Assembly: GCF_030144855.1 (NCBI RefSeq)
Contig: NC_082730.1
Location: 14,322,001-14,386,000, forward strand
Direction of reading: 5' to 3'
DNA length: 64,000 nucleotides
Source of the DNA: Hypanus sabinus
Lineage: Eukaryota
Positions 62,263-64,000 of this stretch are shown here, piece by piece; position 1 is the first letter of the stretch; each line of letters opens with the position of its first letter. A program made the position numbers and the translations under genes. Under the pieces are notes generated by a model that was given only the letters and a program-made list of their open reading frames with translations, did not search any database and was not told the origin of the DNA.

Positions 62263-62780
62263 TGTCAGGGCACTGGAGAAGGGATCCATTCGCAGATCTG
62301 GCACTGTGCACACAGTGATATTAATTGAGAACAAATCCCAAGTTACAAACAAAGTCAGTCTCAAAGTTCAGGCAGAGACCAACACATCCAGATAAATCCA
62401 AAAACCAGAATCGGGAAACAGGCAGAGTCGATAGTCAGACACAGAGTACTGTTTCGAATACTGGAAAGGCTCAAGAAAATTCACTGTCACAATCTGGCAA
62501 CAAACAGGTGACAACACAGGGTTAAAGTACACTGAGCAATAAGCAGAGAGGCAGATGATAGGTGGAGTACAATGAGACAGAAGTGGCAGCAAAACAGGCA
62601 ACAATGAGAAACAGATGAGAGGGGAGTTCTCAGTGATACAGGGGCCGGAGTAGAGCAGGAGCAGAGACAGGAGCACATGGGGCATGAACACAGACAACAG
62701 CACATGACAATACAAAACCACAGACCGACAGCTAGTAGGAAAACACACAAAGAGACAAAGTTCAACTGGAGGTAATGACA
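62263..62780. mobile_element. Solo-LTR-like element (518 bp) with 5-bp TSD
   Basis: tgtca...tgaca ends, TSD gacct at 62258-62262 and 62781-62785. Inserted in a Tc1-derived MITE. Confidence 0.75.
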
Positions 62781-63182
62781 GACCTCTCTCATTGACAAGG
62801 CATTTTGCTCACATAATTGCCAATCACTGGATATTTCTTGTTTTTCACCATTCACTGTAAACTCTAGTGACTGTTGTGCATGAAAATCCCAGTACATCAA
62901 CAGTTTTTGAGATATTCAACCTCCCCTTCTGGCACCAACTATGATTCCATGATGAAAGCCACGAAGATCACATTTCCTCCCCATTCTGATGATTGGCCTA
63001 ACAACAACTGAACCTCTTAACTATGTCTTCCTGCTTTTATGGACTGTCTTGTTGCCAGATGATAGATTAATTAGATACTTGCATTAACAAGCAGGTGAAC
63101 AGGAGTACCTAATAAAGTGGCAGAAGAGTGTTTGATTTTCAGATGTTCATTCAGTATCTGATTGTTGAATTCCTTTCCACAG

Positions 63183-63503
63183 AACCTGTGTCTGTTCCTT
63201 TGCTTCGATATCCATCACCAGCAAATATTTCACATCTCAGAGGCTTAGTCTCTCTTTCCTGTGAGTCTTCCCAGGGATCCCTTCCCATTCAGTACAGATG
63301 GTATGAACAAACCTCATCTGGACATACAAAGATCTCAGATACAAATGAACTGAATCTATGCTGTAAATCTTTCAACCACCAGCACCATCTATATTACTGC
63401 AGTGCTTCGAATTGGCTTGGAGCAAGATCCAGTGCAATGGTTAATATGACAGTTTTCAACAACGGAGAGATCTGCAGTTATGTGACAGAAATCAATGGCA
63501 CCA
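63183..63503 (+). CDS. Receptor copy 4, exon 3: FCRL-like Ig C2 domain, intact; gene continues beyond window
   Basis: Acceptor tttccacag| and donor A|GTAAGT, 321 nt, phase 1-1: EPVSVPLLRYPSPANISHLRGLVSLSCESSQGSLPIQYRWYEQ..YYCSASNWLGARSSAMVNMTVFNNGEICSYVTEINGT. The CE-GS-PI-Y-WY and YYC-ASN-LG motifs resemble FCRL domains. Confidence 0.9.
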
Positions 63504-64000
63504 GTAAGTTCTAATTTTAAGGGGGGATACATTTAAATAATTATTCAAGGTACTCTGTTACATGTGCTCTTATACTTCTAGTGAGGGTAATGAATTTCTT
63601 TGCATTTGTAGAAACTACACATTGCAGCCTCCATGGGGTAGAAATAAAATGCTGTCAACAGTTAAGTCATTCATTTCCTCCTGGAAGATGTGGAGCAGCT
63701 CAAACATACTTGGTCTGGCACATCCAGACAAATTGAGAGCATTCCATTCATACTTCTGGCTTCAGCTTTGAAAAAGCTAGAAGAACTGTTGAGTTGTGAG
63801 ACATTGACACTGTCATAAAAACAAAAGGAAGGACATGAAATATATCTAATATATGGTGCGAATGACAAAAATTCAGCAATGTCAGAGGGCAGAAGTGAAT
63901 GTTGTCACTTTTACTAAGGAGAAGGTGCTCGGTGTGGTCAATAAGTCAGCTGGATCAGATGGACTACACCCAGGTTTCAGGAAGAGGGAAGTGAAGGCAT

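Noticed and set aside
63575-63640. Possible micro-exons after exon 3 (ctag|TGAGG|gtaat and tgtag|AAACTAC..GGG|gtagaa), also present near 15210-15275
   Set aside because: Conservation is explained by the segmental duplication, the donors are weak, and exon 3 is already phase-compatible with the stalk exon type at 26563.

Overview
Eukaryotic, repeat-rich genomic DNA with two N gaps. It is most likely from a cartilaginous fish (ray/skate-like), inferred from the CR1/L1/Penelope/RTE/R4/Tc1/hAT repertoire and the receptor type. The window covers a tandem cluster of immune-type receptor genes: signal peptide + CD300/pIgR-like V domain + FCRL-like C2 domain + stalk/TM/ITIM tail, resembling the skate MDIR family. 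Four paralogous promoter+leader modules start at 12357, 20797, 46990 and 55581. Only the last (exons 55581-55617, 56969-57289, 63183-63503, continuing past the window) has open, phase-compatible exons. Copy 1 is a multiply disabled pseudogene, copies 2 and 3 have lost their V exon, and a disabled stalk/TM/ITIM tail lies at 26563-31462. The window also holds an RBM25 processed pseudogene with a non-canonical 3' end, a near-intact full-length CR1 in intron 2 of the intact gene, Penelope fragments with minimal hammerhead-ribozyme motifs, an RTE insertion with twin-priming geometry, and a hAT element with two nested solo LTRs. Exons were called by eye from splice signals, phase and paralog comparison; no searches were run.
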